Source of the DNA: Alphaproteobacteria bacterium | GTDB taxonomy: Bacteria; Pseudomonadota; Alphaproteobacteria; GM7ARS4; G965262615 | NCBI GenBank assembly: GCA_965262615.1 | Contig: OZ253545.1 | Coordinates: 832,001 to 896,000, forward strand | Length of the DNA: 64,000 bases | Reading direction: 5' to 3' | Shown here: positions 1 to 9,909 of the stretch, in pieces | Position numbering within the stretch: position 1 is the first letter of the stretch | How the letters are laid out: every line of letters starts with the position of its first letter | The notes under the pieces: generated by a model | What the model was told of the DNA's origin: nothing | The model's database searches: none | The model's input: the letters and a program-made list of their open reading frames with translations, nothing else | Made by a program: the position numbers and the translations under genes

Positions 1-746
1 CCATTGTGACCCACCTCACACGGGCGGTGTTTGGTCAGATTTTCCGAGACGGATTTTTCCATGCGGACATTCATCCGGGCAACATTTTGTTGGATTCACA
101 AAAGCGCATGGTGTGGCTGGATTTTGGCATCACCGGCGCGCTGGATGAGGAAGAGCGTTTGTTGCTCGCCATGATGATGGATGCTTTTTTTCAGCATGAC
201 TATGAGCGGGTGGCTCGCTTGCACAAACAGGCGGGGTATGTGTCCATGATGGAATCCACAAAATCGTTTGCCATTGCCATGGAGCGCATTGCCGTTCCGG
301 TGTTGCACAAGCCTTTGAAGGAGGTGTCCATGGCGCACTGGATTGCCCAAATTCTCAACATCACCGAGAACTTTGCCATGGAGGCACAGCCCCAATTGCT
401 CATGCTGCAAAAGACACTGTTCCTGCTGGAGAGCCTCGCCCGTATGCTCAATGACGACATGGATTTATGGACGCTAGGGCATGGAGAGGTGACGCAATGG
501 CTCAAACACCAATCGCCGCGCCAAAGGGTAGAAAGGAATTTGCGGGAGTTGTTGCCAGTGGTGGGACAATTGCCGCGCCAATGGCAGCGTGTGAATCATT
601 GGTGGCAAGAGATGGAGAAAGACGGGTTACGGCTGCACCATGAGACTGTGAAAGAACTACGCCCAAAGTCGTCACGCGTTGTGCCTTTTGTGTGGTGGCT
701 GTTGGGGCTTGTGTGTGGCGGTGGTGCTGTGTGGTTATGGGGGTGA
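1..746 (+). CDS. ubiB: Ubiquinone biosynthesis kinase-like protein UbiB, 5'-truncated by window edge
   Basis: DGFFHADIHPGNI and LDFGITG ABC1/UbiB motifs; QPQLLMLQKTL; C-terminal TM helix. Confidence 0.92.
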   Translation, partial: IVTHLTRAVFGQIFRDGFFHADIHPGNILLDSQKRMVWLDFGITGALDEEERLLLAMMMDAFFQHDYERVARLHKQAGYVSMMESTKSFAIAMERIAVPVLHKPLKEVSMAHWIAQILNITENFAMEAQPQLLMLQKTLFLLESLARMLNDDMDLWTLGHGEVTQWLKHQSPRQRVERNLRELLPVVGQLPRQWQRVNHWWQEMEKDGLRLHHETVKELRPKSSRVVPFVWWLLGLVCGGGAVWLWG

Positions 747-1076
747 TGGAGGCATCAGCTTTTTCACAAACTTTTTCAAATCATCATCGTCAATGACTGA
801 TGTATCGCCTTTTTTTACCTTTTCCCATTTTTCTTTATCTTTAGATAATTTAATCAGCTTGCACCCTAATGGGGTCAATTGTCTCACCATTATTGAGCTA
901 GGTGGTTCGTAATCGGACTCAAAATTATCCTTTTCCAAAAGCCCAAAATCAATGAGTTCTCGGAGAATTTTCTTTCTAGTCTCATCAGATTCCAACAAAT
1001 GCACACGACCTTTCGTAAGTTCAAGTTCGTCTTTGTAAAATATTAAATCTTCTACAACGCGTTCAAGTTTTGACAT
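735..1076 (-). CDS. Hypothetical protein, DUF2513-like winged-helix; AT-rich
   Basis: 113-aa ORF with RBS-like GAGGGA upstream; LTPLG...DKEKWEKVKK resembles the DUF2513 C-terminal motif; markedly lower GC than flanks. Confidence 0.55.
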   Translation of the reverse strand: MSKLERVVEDLIFYKDELELTKGRVHLLESDETRKKILRELIDFGLLEKDNFESDYEPPSSIMVRQLTPLGCKLIKLSKDKEKWEKVKKGDTSVIDDDDLKKFVKKLMPPSPP

Positions 1077-1333
1077 GTCCTATTCCCTCTTTTTTGCTGG
1101 TTTTGATTTTTCCAATATAGCAAAAATTTTCTGCATTGCCAATTTCATTCTATGTTGGCGGATGATGAGACATCTTCCCCCACTGCATCGCCATCGCGCA
1201 CTTGCACACTGCCATAAAAGCCCTCGCCACTGAGAGAGACATTGACATTGGATGCTTCCATCGTGTCGCTCACCCGCAGTCGGAACACATCTTTTGACAC
1301 CCGCACATCCTTGCCATAAGGCGAGAGCAAACA

Positions 1334-1879
1334 TCATTTCAGAATAAGTGTCACCAGAATGCCGCCAAGAAAAACAATCATTCCCACGGCGGCGCGATTG
1401 AAGGCATACAACATCTCATTTTTCGCCTTTTCAATCTTATGATCCATGGCTGCCATGGCTTGCTTGTTTTCAGCCCGCACCTGAGCGATTTGAGTCTCCA
1501 ACTTGGCGATGTCTTCCTTACTGTCAGCTCCCGCATCAGCAATTTTAGTCTCCAACTTGGCGATTTGAGCTTCCAGTTTGGCGATGTCTTCCTTACTGTC
1601 AGCTCTCGCATCAGCAATTTTAGTCTCCAACTTGGCGATTTGAGCTTCCAGTTTGGCGATGTCTTCCTTACTGTCAGCTCTCGCATCAGCAATTTTAGTC
1701 TCCAACTTGGCGATTTGAGCTTCCAGTTTGGCGATGTCTTCCTTGGTGGCAAAGTTATGGGACTGCTCCTTGAGGGTGGCAACATCCACCTTGAGATTCA
1801 CCACATCATCATGCAAGCCATTCGCACCGACATGCTTGGGTTTTTTTTGTTCCGTTTCTATCGTCATGGTGGTGATCAT
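1334..1879 (-). CDS. Coiled-coil repeat protein with C-terminal TM anchor (DUF1640/CCDC90-like)
   Basis: ATKEDIAKLE motif, three 25-aa repeats, hydrophobic C-terminus AAVGMIVFLGGILVTLIL; start uncertain (1867/1879). Confidence 0.7.
   Translation of the reverse strand: MITTMTIETEQKKPKHVGANGLHDDVVNLKVDVATLKEQSHNFATKEDIAKLEAQIAKLETKIADARADSKEDIAKLEAQIAKLETKIADARADSKEDIAKLEAQIAKLETKIADAGADSKEDIAKLETQIAQVRAENKQAMAAMDHKIEKAKNEMLYAFNRAAVGMIVFLGGILVTLILK
1503..1744. repeat. 75-bp tandem repeat, about 3.2 copies, in frame within the coiled-coil gene
   Basis: Unit ttggcgatgtcttccttactgtcagctc...gagcttccagt starts at 1503, 1578, 1653 and partially at 1728; copies near-identical. Confidence 0.95.
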
Positions 1880-1940
1880 ATGTGCATTGCAAGCGTTTGT
1901 CAATGACAAGACGCTTCCTGACATATCTTTATGGTGAGGC

Positions 1941-3296
1941 TCATGGTTGGGGTGAAAGCGAAGGTGAAAAATCCTCTCCCACTGTCACTAGCAGGGGGGA
2001 TTGACCGAAGACATTGCGCGCCACGCGAGCACAATCCTCAAGGGTAACAGACTCAATCAACGCCCTCCGCTCCGTCAAATAATCCATGCCCAATTGGTGG
2101 TATTGTAGTGTGACGAGAAAGTCTGCCAGTCTGCCTCGTGAGGTGAGTCGCAATGGCAACGCCGCCAGCAGATAATTTTTGGCATCGTCAAGTTCCGTTT
2201 GGCTGATGCCATTGTCGGCAATGAATTTCCATTGGTCGTGAAGCAGGTTTATGGCATCCTGAGCTGTGGCGGTGGAGGTGGCAAGAGAGCCCATCACGAG
2301 TGGCGCGGCGCGCAGTTCGGTGAGCCATGTGCCCACATGATAGACCAGACCCCGTTCCTCGCGCATGGTGTGCATCAGGCGAGAGGAAAACCCGCCGCCT
2401 CCCAACACATGGTTGATAACCTGCAGGACGAAATAATCCTCATGACGGCGCGGCAACCCGGGCACACCAAACACCACCTGACTTTGCGGCGATGGGTGCG
2501 GGACGAAAATCCGCTCCGTTGTCATGGGTGGAGGTTGGGGATTTTCTTTTGACGGTGCAGAATTGGGGAGGTCACCGAACAAATCATCCAAAAGTTTTGC
2601 GGCTTGCTTTTTGTCAATATCCCCGCTCATGCCGATGATGAGATTGTCTTTGGCGAGCCATGCCATGCGAGCGCGCATCATGGCGGGGGTGATGGCGGCG
2701 ATGGATTCCTCATTGCCATCGGTGGGCTCGCCGTAGGGGTGGGGGTCAAAGGCGTTATGATAAAAGGCTTTGGAGGCAATATCTCGCACCCGCTCTTTTT
2801 GCCGTTTGAATGAGGCGAAAAACTGCTCTTTGACGCGAGTCACGGCATCGGCATCAAAGCGCGGCTCGGTCAAAGCCAATCGCACAAGCGCGGCGGTCTC
2901 ATCTCGCTTGTCTGTGAGCATGGTGACCTCGCCGCCGATGGTGTCTCGTCCATTGCCCATAGACCAATTGCTTGCCAGTTCTTCCATTTTTTTCTTGAAG
3001 GTCACGCCGTCCAGCGAGCCCGCCCCTTCATCCAGCAATGCCATGGTGAGCGCGCCCAATCCTGCGGTGTCATCGCGGCGGCTGCCAGCATCGGCGAACA
3101 TGAAGGACACGGTAATCATGGGCAGACTGGAATCCTCAATCAGCCATGCGCGCACACCCTTCTCGCTGGTGACCGCCTGAATGTGCCAATCGGACTTGGC
3201 GGGTGACAAAACAGGTGCCGAGTCACACCCCATCAGCATGACACACAACAACAGACGACACATGAAGTCATGGCGCGGCATCATTGCCAAGCCCAT
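1941..3296 (-). CDS. M16 family peptidase, non-catalytic partner subunit
   Basis: LLDEGAG, LGGGGFSSRL, REERGLVY motifs; lacks HxxEH; paired with upstream M16. Confidence 0.88.
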   Translation of the reverse strand: MGLAMMPRHDFMCRLLLCVMLMGCDSAPVLSPAKSDWHIQAVTSEKGVRAWLIEDSSLPMITVSFMFADAGSRRDDTAGLGALTMALLDEGAGSLDGVTFKKKMEELASNWSMGNGRDTIGGEVTMLTDKRDETAALVRLALTEPRFDADAVTRVKEQFFASFKRQKERVRDIASKAFYHNAFDPHPYGEPTDGNEESIAAITPAMMRARMAWLAKDNLIIGMSGDIDKKQAAKLLDDLFGDLPNSAPSKENPQPPPMTTERIFVPHPSPQSQVVFGVPGLPRRHEDYFVLQVINHVLGGGGFSSRLMHTMREERGLVYHVGTWLTELRAAPLVMGSLATSTATAQDAINLLHDQWKFIADNGISQTELDDAKNYLLAALPLRLTSRGRLADFLVTLQYHQLGMDYLTERRALIESVTLEDCARVARNVFGQSPLLVTVGEDFSPSLSPQP

Positions 3297-4626
3297 CTAA
3301 AGATTTGTCCAATTGTGCGGTGACATGGGGATTGGTGTCATGCAAAAATGCTGCGGCATCTCGCAGTTGTTCTGTGGTGACATCATTGATGCGTTGGGGA
3401 AATTCCTCCACATCGGCAAGAGTGCCACCGGTCGTCAGAGCAATGCCGAACAGATAGGCGGGCGCCATGAGGCTGTCTTGAGAATAAACGGCTTCCGCCA
3501 GCAGATGCTGGCGCACGCGCTCCATGTCATCAGTGGGGATTGTCTCATTCATGATGGCGCGCCATTGGGAGCGAATGTGGGAATTCAGCTGCTCCAGTGT
3601 GACATCGGCAACGGGGATGACCGACAGCACAATGTCATCATAATCGCGCCCCCATGAATCAAAGGACAATGACACCGACACCGCCACGCCATCATCCACC
3701 ACCCATTGCTCATAAAGGCGAGAGCTTGAGCCGCCGCCCAGATAGTGGGTGAGGATGCTAAAGGCTTCATCGCTTGCTCTGTCCTCATCATGGCGGTGTT
3801 TGGGCAGTCGCCAGTAGTAGCGCAGGGTGGGCTGTTGCACGCGATCATCAGTGAGACGCACGGTGCGCTCGGTAATAATGGGCGGGTCGGTCACGCGTTG
3901 GCGTGGTGTGACGGTGCCGCGCTCAAGGTCGCCGTAGTAAAATTCCGCAAGGCTTTGAGCTTCTTGCAGTGTGATCGCCCCGCTCAAAATCACAATGGCA
4001 TTGTTGGGATGATAATAACGCCGATAAAAATTCGCCACATGGTCGCCATTGAGCCGAGCGATTTCATGCCGCCAACCAATCAATGGCGTGCCGTAGGGAT
4101 GATGATTGTAAAGGCTCGCCGCGGCGGCTTCATGGAGCAGAGCGGAGGGATTGTTATCGGAACGGCTTTTGCGTTCCTCCAAAATGACATTGCGCTCGGT
4201 GAGAATATCCTCATCGCGCAGGCGCAGATTTTTCATGCGGTCGGCTTCCATGCTCATGACATCCCCCAGCTGCGGGCGCGCCACGATTTGAAAATACGCC
4301 GTGTAGTCATAAGAGGTAAAGGCATTGTCGCGCCCGCCGTGCTTGGTGACAAAGCGTGAGAACTCACCCACTTCCAGCGTGTCGGTTGCCTTGAACATGA
4401 GGTGTTCCACAAAGTGGGCGAGCCCGGATTGTCCTTGCGGGTCATCGCCGCCGCCCACTTTGTACCAGATCATGTGACACACCGCGTCCCCTAAATTTTG
4501 TTCAATCACCACCACCCGCAAGCCGTTATCCAGCGTGAAGCTGTGCGGATGAAACACCGCCGCCGATGAAAGCGATGCTGTGGATGTCATGAGTGCCATG
4601 AGATAAAAAACGGCTCGGGCAACCAT
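3268..4626 (-). CDS. M16 family zinc peptidase, catalytic subunit
   Basis: GLAHFVEHLMFK (HxxEH), NAFTSYDYTAY, HPYGTPLIGW; signal peptide. Confidence 0.92.
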   Translation of the reverse strand: MVARAVFYLMALMTSTASLSSAAVFHPHSFTLDNGLRVVVIEQNLGDAVCHMIWYKVGGGDDPQGQSGLAHFVEHLMFKATDTLEVGEFSRFVTKHGGRDNAFTSYDYTAYFQIVARPQLGDVMSMEADRMKNLRLRDEDILTERNVILEERKSRSDNNPSALLHEAAAASLYNHHPYGTPLIGWRHEIARLNGDHVANFYRRYYHPNNAIVILSGAITLQEAQSLAEFYYGDLERGTVTPRQRVTDPPIITERTVRLTDDRVQQPTLRYYWRLPKHRHDEDRASDEAFSILTHYLGGGSSSRLYEQWVVDDGVAVSVSLSFDSWGRDYDDIVLSVIPVADVTLEQLNSHIRSQWRAIMNETIPTDDMERVRQHLLAEAVYSQDSLMAPAYLFGIALTTGGTLADVEEFPQRINDVTTEQLRDAAAFLHDTNPHVTAQLDKSLDGLGNDAAP

Positions 4627-4637
4627 CGCGCAACCAT

Positions 4638-5018
4638 TTACGGATTCAACGGCGGTGGCGGCGCGGTGCGACTTTGTGGCGGGTTTGCGCTGCGAGTTGG
4701 CTTGTCATTGGTGTCACTGGTGTTGGGCGCGGGCAGTTTGGTGAGAGATTTCGGCACGGCGGACGATTCCTCTTGGGGGCGCGGCGGTCTTCTTGTTTGC
4801 GCGGATGCTCTTGTTTTTGCTCTTCTCCAAGCGGGTGGTTTTATCAGGGGGCGTTCCAGAAAATCGGGAGGAATGATCAGTGGCGGCGCATTCAAAACGG
4901 CGGCTTCTTGAGCGGTGGGGTTTGCCAAGATGTCGGTGAAGCTCTTGCCGCCGCAACCGCTCATGATGGCGGCGGCAAAGCAAAGCAAAAAATAAGCAGA
5001 GGGAAAATGGCGTGACAT
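4638..5018 (-). CDS. DUF3035-like lipoprotein
   Basis: Lipobox-like MSGC; APPLIIPPDF motif; usual position between lspA and the M16 pair. Confidence 0.65.
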   Translation of the reverse strand: MSRHFPSAYFLLCFAAAIMSGCGGKSFTDILANPTAQEAAVLNAPPLIIPPDFLERPLIKPPAWRRAKTRASAQTRRPPRPQEESSAVPKSLTKLPAPNTSDTNDKPTRSANPPQSRTAPPPPLNP

Positions 5019-5043
5019 GATGATTGTCTTACTATGGAGCATT

Positions 5044-5196
5044 ATGGCACTGAAGACAAGTCTTTAGCAAGTCTTGGGCGGCGGTGACAGCAAATAAAGA
5101 ATGACACCAAAGGTGATGACACTGAAGACAAGTCTTTAGCGAGTCTTGGGTGGCGGTGACAGCAAATAAAGAATGACACCAAAGGTGATGGCACTG
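5044..5196. repeat. 72-bp tandem duplication of the lspA 3' end
   Basis: Units start at 5044, 5116 and partially 5188; about 3 mismatches. Confidence 0.93.
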
Positions 5197-5621
5197 TCGG
5201 CGATATTGAATGTGTAAAAATGCCATCCTGCGAAATGGACATCCAGAAAGTCAATGACAGCCCCGTTGAGCAGGCGATCCAATCCATTGGACAAGCCACC
5301 GCCGCCGATTGCCGCCAGCGCAATGGTGCGCAGGTGCGTCTGTTCAAACAGGGCAATGGTGATGAACGCCCCGCCGATGATGAAACTCACCCCCGCCATC
5401 ATCAAGGGTGACACCGCCGCCTCCGACAAAATGCCAAAGGCAATGCCCTCATTATAAACCAGCACAATGTTCAAAAAAGGCGTGAGCATGAAAGGTCCCC
5501 CCGTGGCAATGAGAGCTTTGACCAGCACCTTAGAGACCGAATCCAAAACCACAATAACGATGGAAACCGAAAACGCCAGAATATGCCGCAACAAACGGCG
5601 GGTTCGTTGCCTATCAACCAT
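5136..5621 (-). CDS. lspA: Lipoprotein signal peptidase
   Basis: YNEGIAFG, SNGLDRL..GAVIDF, FNIADSAI; follows ileS. Confidence 0.93.
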   Translation of the reverse strand: MVDRQRTRRLLRHILAFSVSIVIVVLDSVSKVLVKALIATGGPFMLTPFLNIVLVYNEGIAFGILSEAAVSPLMMAGVSFIIGGAFITIALFEQTHLRTIALAAIGGGGLSNGLDRLLNGAVIDFLDVHFAGWHFYTFNIADSAITFGVILYLLSPPPKTR

Positions 5622-8475
5622 AACACACCTCATAACAGCGAGCACAAATGCCTTTGTCCTTGAGGTGAGGCTCATTCTGATGTTCATACCGCCAGCATCG
5701 CGCACACTTGGGATTTTTTGTCGGCTCGGGGTTAAGATAGAGTTTTATATCTACATCTTCTTCAGCACCACCATATTCTAGTATCTTTTCAAAATCTTTT
5801 GCCGTGAGATATTCTCGGTCGTTTTCCCAATCAGAGTATTTCTTGACCTCAAAAGAAGCGGTCATTGTTAATTCTTTCATATCAATATCCTTCAAAAGCT
5901 CAGTCATATTCGTGTAACACACCAATTCAGCTTGTGAATTGGTGGTGAAATCATCACGCTTATGTTCTAATTTATGCTCTACACTGTAGATAATTGTTTT
6001 AATATTACTCATCAGTGCTTTTGCCTGCTGAACTTCACTAAAGTGTTCGTGCAAGTAATCTCCTAATGATAGCAGTGGTTGTGTGTCAAAGTCATGACAG
6101 TGAATGTCTTTGTCTTGTCCATGTCGGAGCTTCCACGCCTCATCGGCGGTGAATACCAATACAGGAGCAAGCCATTTGCACAAGCGGTCAAATGTAATTG
6201 CCAAAACCGCAAGGCTTAAGCGTCTCTTGGGAGAATCTTTGCCATCGCAGTAGAGACAATCTTTACGCCTTTCCAAATAAAAAGCCGACAAGTCTCTCGC
6301 GCAAAAATAATGCAACATGTTGTAGAATTCATCAAAGCGAAAGTTGCAATTATCCTGAGTGCACCATGCCGTATGACGCACATCATAATTAAACAGACTG
6401 TTCAGCAAATCTTGCTCCAGTGGCTCTAATTCTTCAAAAGGCGGTAGTTCTATGGAGTCGTCATAATCGTGCAACACCCCCAGCAAAAAACGCAAGCAAT
6501 TGCGAAAACGGCGATAGTGATCCTTGGCATGGGTGAGGCTTTGGTGTCCCAGCTTCATATCCTCACGGGTATCCGATAATGCCACCCACAGACGCAGCAC
6601 ATCCGCGCCGTGTTCCGCCATAATCTTTGGCAGTGTCAGGGTATCGCTTTTTGATTTGGATAGTTTATAGCCTTTGTCATCCAGCACAAAACCATGGGTG
6701 AGCACATTCTTATAGGGAGCGTGTCCCGAAGTGCCGCAGCCGTGCAACAGGGATGATTGAAACCAGCCGCGGTGTTGGTCAGACCCCTCAAGATACAAAT
6801 CAGCCTGTGTGTCGCCCAGCACAAACGAATGACTGCAACCGGAATCAAACCACACATCCAAAATATCCATGACTGGTTCATAGGCATCGCGATGAGTTTC
6901 GGCAAGAAATCGTCTTGGGTCGTCTTTGAACCACGCATCCGCGCCCTCATCTCTGAAGGCATCAATGATGTGCCGTTCGGTTTTTTTATTTTTCAACAGT
7001 GAGCCATCGTCCGTGTGTTGAAAAATAGCTAACGGCACGCCCCAGCGTCTTTGGCGTGACAGACACCAATCGGGGCGTTCGCGCACCATCGCCTCAATGC
7101 GCGCCTTGCCCTTCTCAGGATACCATTTCACCTCGTCAATGGCGCGCAACGCCTTGCCGCGCAAATCGTCATGAGTCATGGAAATGAACCATTGCGGCGT
7201 GGTGCGATAAATGAGCGGTGTTCCCGACCGCCACGAATGAGGATACGAATGTCGCCAGCCAAAATGATACAGCACCCGATTTCCCATCGCCGCCATCAAT
7301 TCCTCATGCACCTTGAAAATAAACCGCCCCCCAATCAATGGTGCGGTGTCACGATAGACACCGCGACTGGTCACAATGTCCTTAATTCCAATCTCATATT
7401 GCCTCGCAAGGCGAAAATCATCCTCGCCGTGCGCCGGGGCAATATGAACAAAGCCGGTGCCGGAATCATCACGGACAAAATCCGCCTGATACACCCGCGG
7501 GCAGTGGTCAAAACCCTGCTCGTGCAATGGATGGTGGGTGACAATGCGCGCATCATGCAACTGCTCCCCCGTGAAGGAATGCCGCACCGTGCCATCGCAA
7601 CCTAGACGCGTCCGCATCTCATCATAGCGTCCCTGTGCCACCAGCATGAGTTGAGGATGATTGGCAAACTTCACCAAAAGATAGGTGAGCCCCGTTCCAC
7701 ACGCCAATGCCACATTGGCGGGAAGAGTCCAAGAAGTTGTCGTCCAAACGGGAATAATGGAATTCTTGAGGGCATCAATACGCGATTCAGCAACCGCAAA
7801 GGCAACGGCGATGCTGGGGGATTCAATTTCTTTGTAATCCACTTCGGCTTCCGCCAACGCGGTTTGTTCCGCCACCGACCACAACACCGGACGCAACGCC
7901 CGCACCAACGAGCCATCCATGATAAAATGACTGAGCTCGGCACGAATCGCCCCCTCGGTCGCATGGGTCATGGTGCTGTAGGGATTGTCCCAGTCGCCAT
8001 GCACCCCCAGTGCCATGAATTGCTCTTTTTGCCGCGCCATCCAGTGACTGGCATGGTCACGACAGGCGGCGCGAAAGGCGATGTCATCGTTGAGCACATC
8101 ATTTTTTTTCTTCTGGCGCAGTTCTTGTTCCACCTGCCACTCAATGGGCAGACCGTGACAATCCCACCCCGGACGATAATCAATGCCCCACCCCGCCATG
8201 AAATAACTGCGGTTGATGATGTCTTTGAGAACCTTATTGAGAGCATGACCCATGTGCAGGTCGCCATTGGCATAGGGAGGTCCATCGTGCAGGATGAATT
8301 GCCTGTCTGGGTTTTTTAATACTCGCTTTTTTGAAATGTCTCTGATGCGCTGGTCACATTTGCGCGCATGATATTCGGCGCGCCACCCGGGCTCGTGCGT
8401 GGGCAGGGATGCCTTCATGGGAAAATCCGTCTGCGGCAAAAAAAGCGTGTCGCGCCAAGATGTGTTTTTTGTCAT
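5614..8475 (-). CDS. ileS: Isoleucine--tRNA ligase (type 1, C-terminal zinc finger)
   Basis: HDGPPYANGDLHMGH, WDCHGLPIE, WTTT, YLEGSDQHRGWF, KLSKS, CARC..CARC. Confidence 0.97.
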   Translation of the reverse strand: MTKNTSWRDTLFLPQTDFPMKASLPTHEPGWRAEYHARKCDQRIRDISKKRVLKNPDRQFILHDGPPYANGDLHMGHALNKVLKDIINRSYFMAGWGIDYRPGWDCHGLPIEWQVEQELRQKKKNDVLNDDIAFRAACRDHASHWMARQKEQFMALGVHGDWDNPYSTMTHATEGAIRAELSHFIMDGSLVRALRPVLWSVAEQTALAEAEVDYKEIESPSIAVAFAVAESRIDALKNSIIPVWTTTSWTLPANVALACGTGLTYLLVKFANHPQLMLVAQGRYDEMRTRLGCDGTVRHSFTGEQLHDARIVTHHPLHEQGFDHCPRVYQADFVRDDSGTGFVHIAPAHGEDDFRLARQYEIGIKDIVTSRGVYRDTAPLIGGRFIFKVHEELMAAMGNRVLYHFGWRHSYPHSWRSGTPLIYRTTPQWFISMTHDDLRGKALRAIDEVKWYPEKGKARIEAMVRERPDWCLSRQRRWGVPLAIFQHTDDGSLLKNKKTERHIIDAFRDEGADAWFKDDPRRFLAETHRDAYEPVMDILDVWFDSGCSHSFVLGDTQADLYLEGSDQHRGWFQSSLLHGCGTSGHAPYKNVLTHGFVLDDKGYKLSKSKSDTLTLPKIMAEHGADVLRLWVALSDTREDMKLGHQSLTHAKDHYRRFRNCLRFLLGVLHDYDDSIELPPFEELEPLEQDLLNSLFNYDVRHTAWCTQDNCNFRFDEFYNMLHYFCARDLSAFYLERRKDCLYCDGKDSPKRRLSLAVLAITFDRLCKWLAPVLVFTADEAWKLRHGQDKDIHCHDFDTQPLLSLGDYLHEHFSEVQQAKALMSNIKTIIYSVEHKLEHKRDDFTTNSQAELVCYTNMTELLKDIDMKELTMTASFEVKKYSDWENDREYLTAKDFEKILEYGGAEEDVDIKLYLNPEPTKNPKCARCWRYEHQNEPHLKDKGICARCYEVCYG

Positions 8476-9413
8476 GAGGGGCTTCCTGTCAGAGAAAAAT
8501 AGGCTTGAGCATGAGTTATGTCCTGTTGCATCTTTTGTTGCAAGTGAGTGGTGGAGGGAGCGTTTTCGTCACCGCTGATCCACTCAATGAGGCGCACGGT
8601 GATGTCTCTGCCGCGCAGTGATGGCAGGTGGGGCACAAAAATATGAGCCTCCAGTGAGGGCGCGCGCTCGGCAAAAGTGGGGCGCGTGCCCCAATAGACA
8701 ACCCCGCCATGCCAGAGAGACGCGTCATTGTGTCCATCATGAATGGCGATGGCAGCCACATAACTGCCATAGCGAGGATGAACAATATGAGGATGAATTT
8801 TCACATTGGCGGTGGGCACGCCCAAATCATGCCCCCTGCCCGCACCGCGCATGACCCGTCCGCTGACCTCCCACGGATTGCCCAGCAACGCCGCCGCCTG
8901 TTTCATATCACCCGCCTGCAGCAACTCCCGCACCCGCCGCGATGAGATGCGAATGTCATGGTGTGCATCACGCACCTCATCATGAGCTTCATACACAAAC
9001 CGATGAATTGTTGCGGCGCGGTGCAGGTGACTTTCATCCCCAATCGCCCCCGTGCCAAAACGAAAGCCAACCCCCGTGATGAGGGCTTTGAGCACAAGGG
9101 GTTCAATCAAAACGGAGCGAATGAATTCATCGGGCTTCAGGCGATAAATGCGGCGAAAGGGCATGATGATGCACTGCTCAATGCCGGCATGGCGCAGGCG
9201 GGCGATTTTTTGTTTGAGAGGCGAGATGAGCGGTGTGGATTCGTGTTCCTGATGCAAAAAACGGCGCGGATGGGGATGAAAAGTGAGAAGGGTCGGCACG
9301 GCATCATGCTGGCGAGCCAGCGCGCACAAGCGTCCGATGAGTGCCTGATGCCCCCGATGGACACCATCACAATTGCCAATGAGCACGGCGCGCGGCGTGC
9401 GATCATGAGGCAA
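8472..9413 (-). CDS. ribF: Bifunctional riboflavin kinase/FAD synthetase
   Basis: GNCDGVHRGHQ, TFHPHP, ISSRRVR, GVPTAN, GTRPTF. Confidence 0.93.
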   Translation of the reverse strand: MPHDRTPRAVLIGNCDGVHRGHQALIGRLCALARQHDAVPTLLTFHPHPRRFLHQEHESTPLISPLKQKIARLRHAGIEQCIIMPFRRIYRLKPDEFIRSVLIEPLVLKALITGVGFRFGTGAIGDESHLHRAATIHRFVYEAHDEVRDAHHDIRISSRRVRELLQAGDMKQAAALLGNPWEVSGRVMRGAGRGHDLGVPTANVKIHPHIVHPRYGSYVAAIAIHDGHNDASLWHGGVVYWGTRPTFAERAPSLEAHIFVPHLPSLRGRDITVRLIEWISGDENAPSTTHLQQKMQQDITHAQAYFSLTGSPS

Positions 9414-9434
9414 TTGACGAAAAATCCGCAGGGG

Positions 9435-9854
9435 TCACCCTCCGCCCAATTGAGGAAAGAAAATCACCGCTTCGCCGCTCGCCACCTGCGTATCCCCCAC
9501 ATGAGCATCGGTGGTGAGGGTGATGCGTTTTCTCTTGTCATCAATGGCGGTGATGGTGAGAGTCACGCTGAGCTCATCGCCGATGGCAACGGGCGCAATA
9601 AAGCGCAATTGCTGAGAGAGATAAATAGAACCCTCACCGGGCAACTCAGATGCAATGGCGGCAGAAATCACCCCCGCCGTGAGCATACCGTGGGCGATGC
9701 GTTTTTTGAAAAATCCTTTGGCGGCGGCGGCTTCATCCATGTGGAGAGGATTATAATCTCCTGAGGCATCGGCAAAAGACTGCACCGCCGCCTCATCAAT
9801 CACTTTGGTGAAATGAGCCGACTGTCCCACTGTGAGAACGGAAGCGTTCATCAT
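9435..9854 (-). CDS. MaoC-family (R)-enoyl-CoA hydratase
   Basis: FADASGDYNPLH..RIAHGML hydratase motif, LPGEGSIYLSQ. Confidence 0.9.
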   Translation of the reverse strand: MMNASVLTVGQSAHFTKVIDEAAVQSFADASGDYNPLHMDEAAAAKGFFKKRIAHGMLTAGVISAAIASELPGEGSIYLSQQLRFIAPVAIGDELSVTLTITAIDDKRKRITLTTDAHVGDTQVASGEAVIFFPQLGGG

Positions 9855-9909
9855 GGAAGCATCATAAAATATGATGACAAAAGCTACAAGATGGGCGTAT
9901 GATAATGAT

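Noticed and set aside
1503-1744. Regular repeats as a CRISPR array (also 5044-5196)
   Set aside because: Units are contiguous with no unique spacers, lie in coding sequence, and no cas genes are present.
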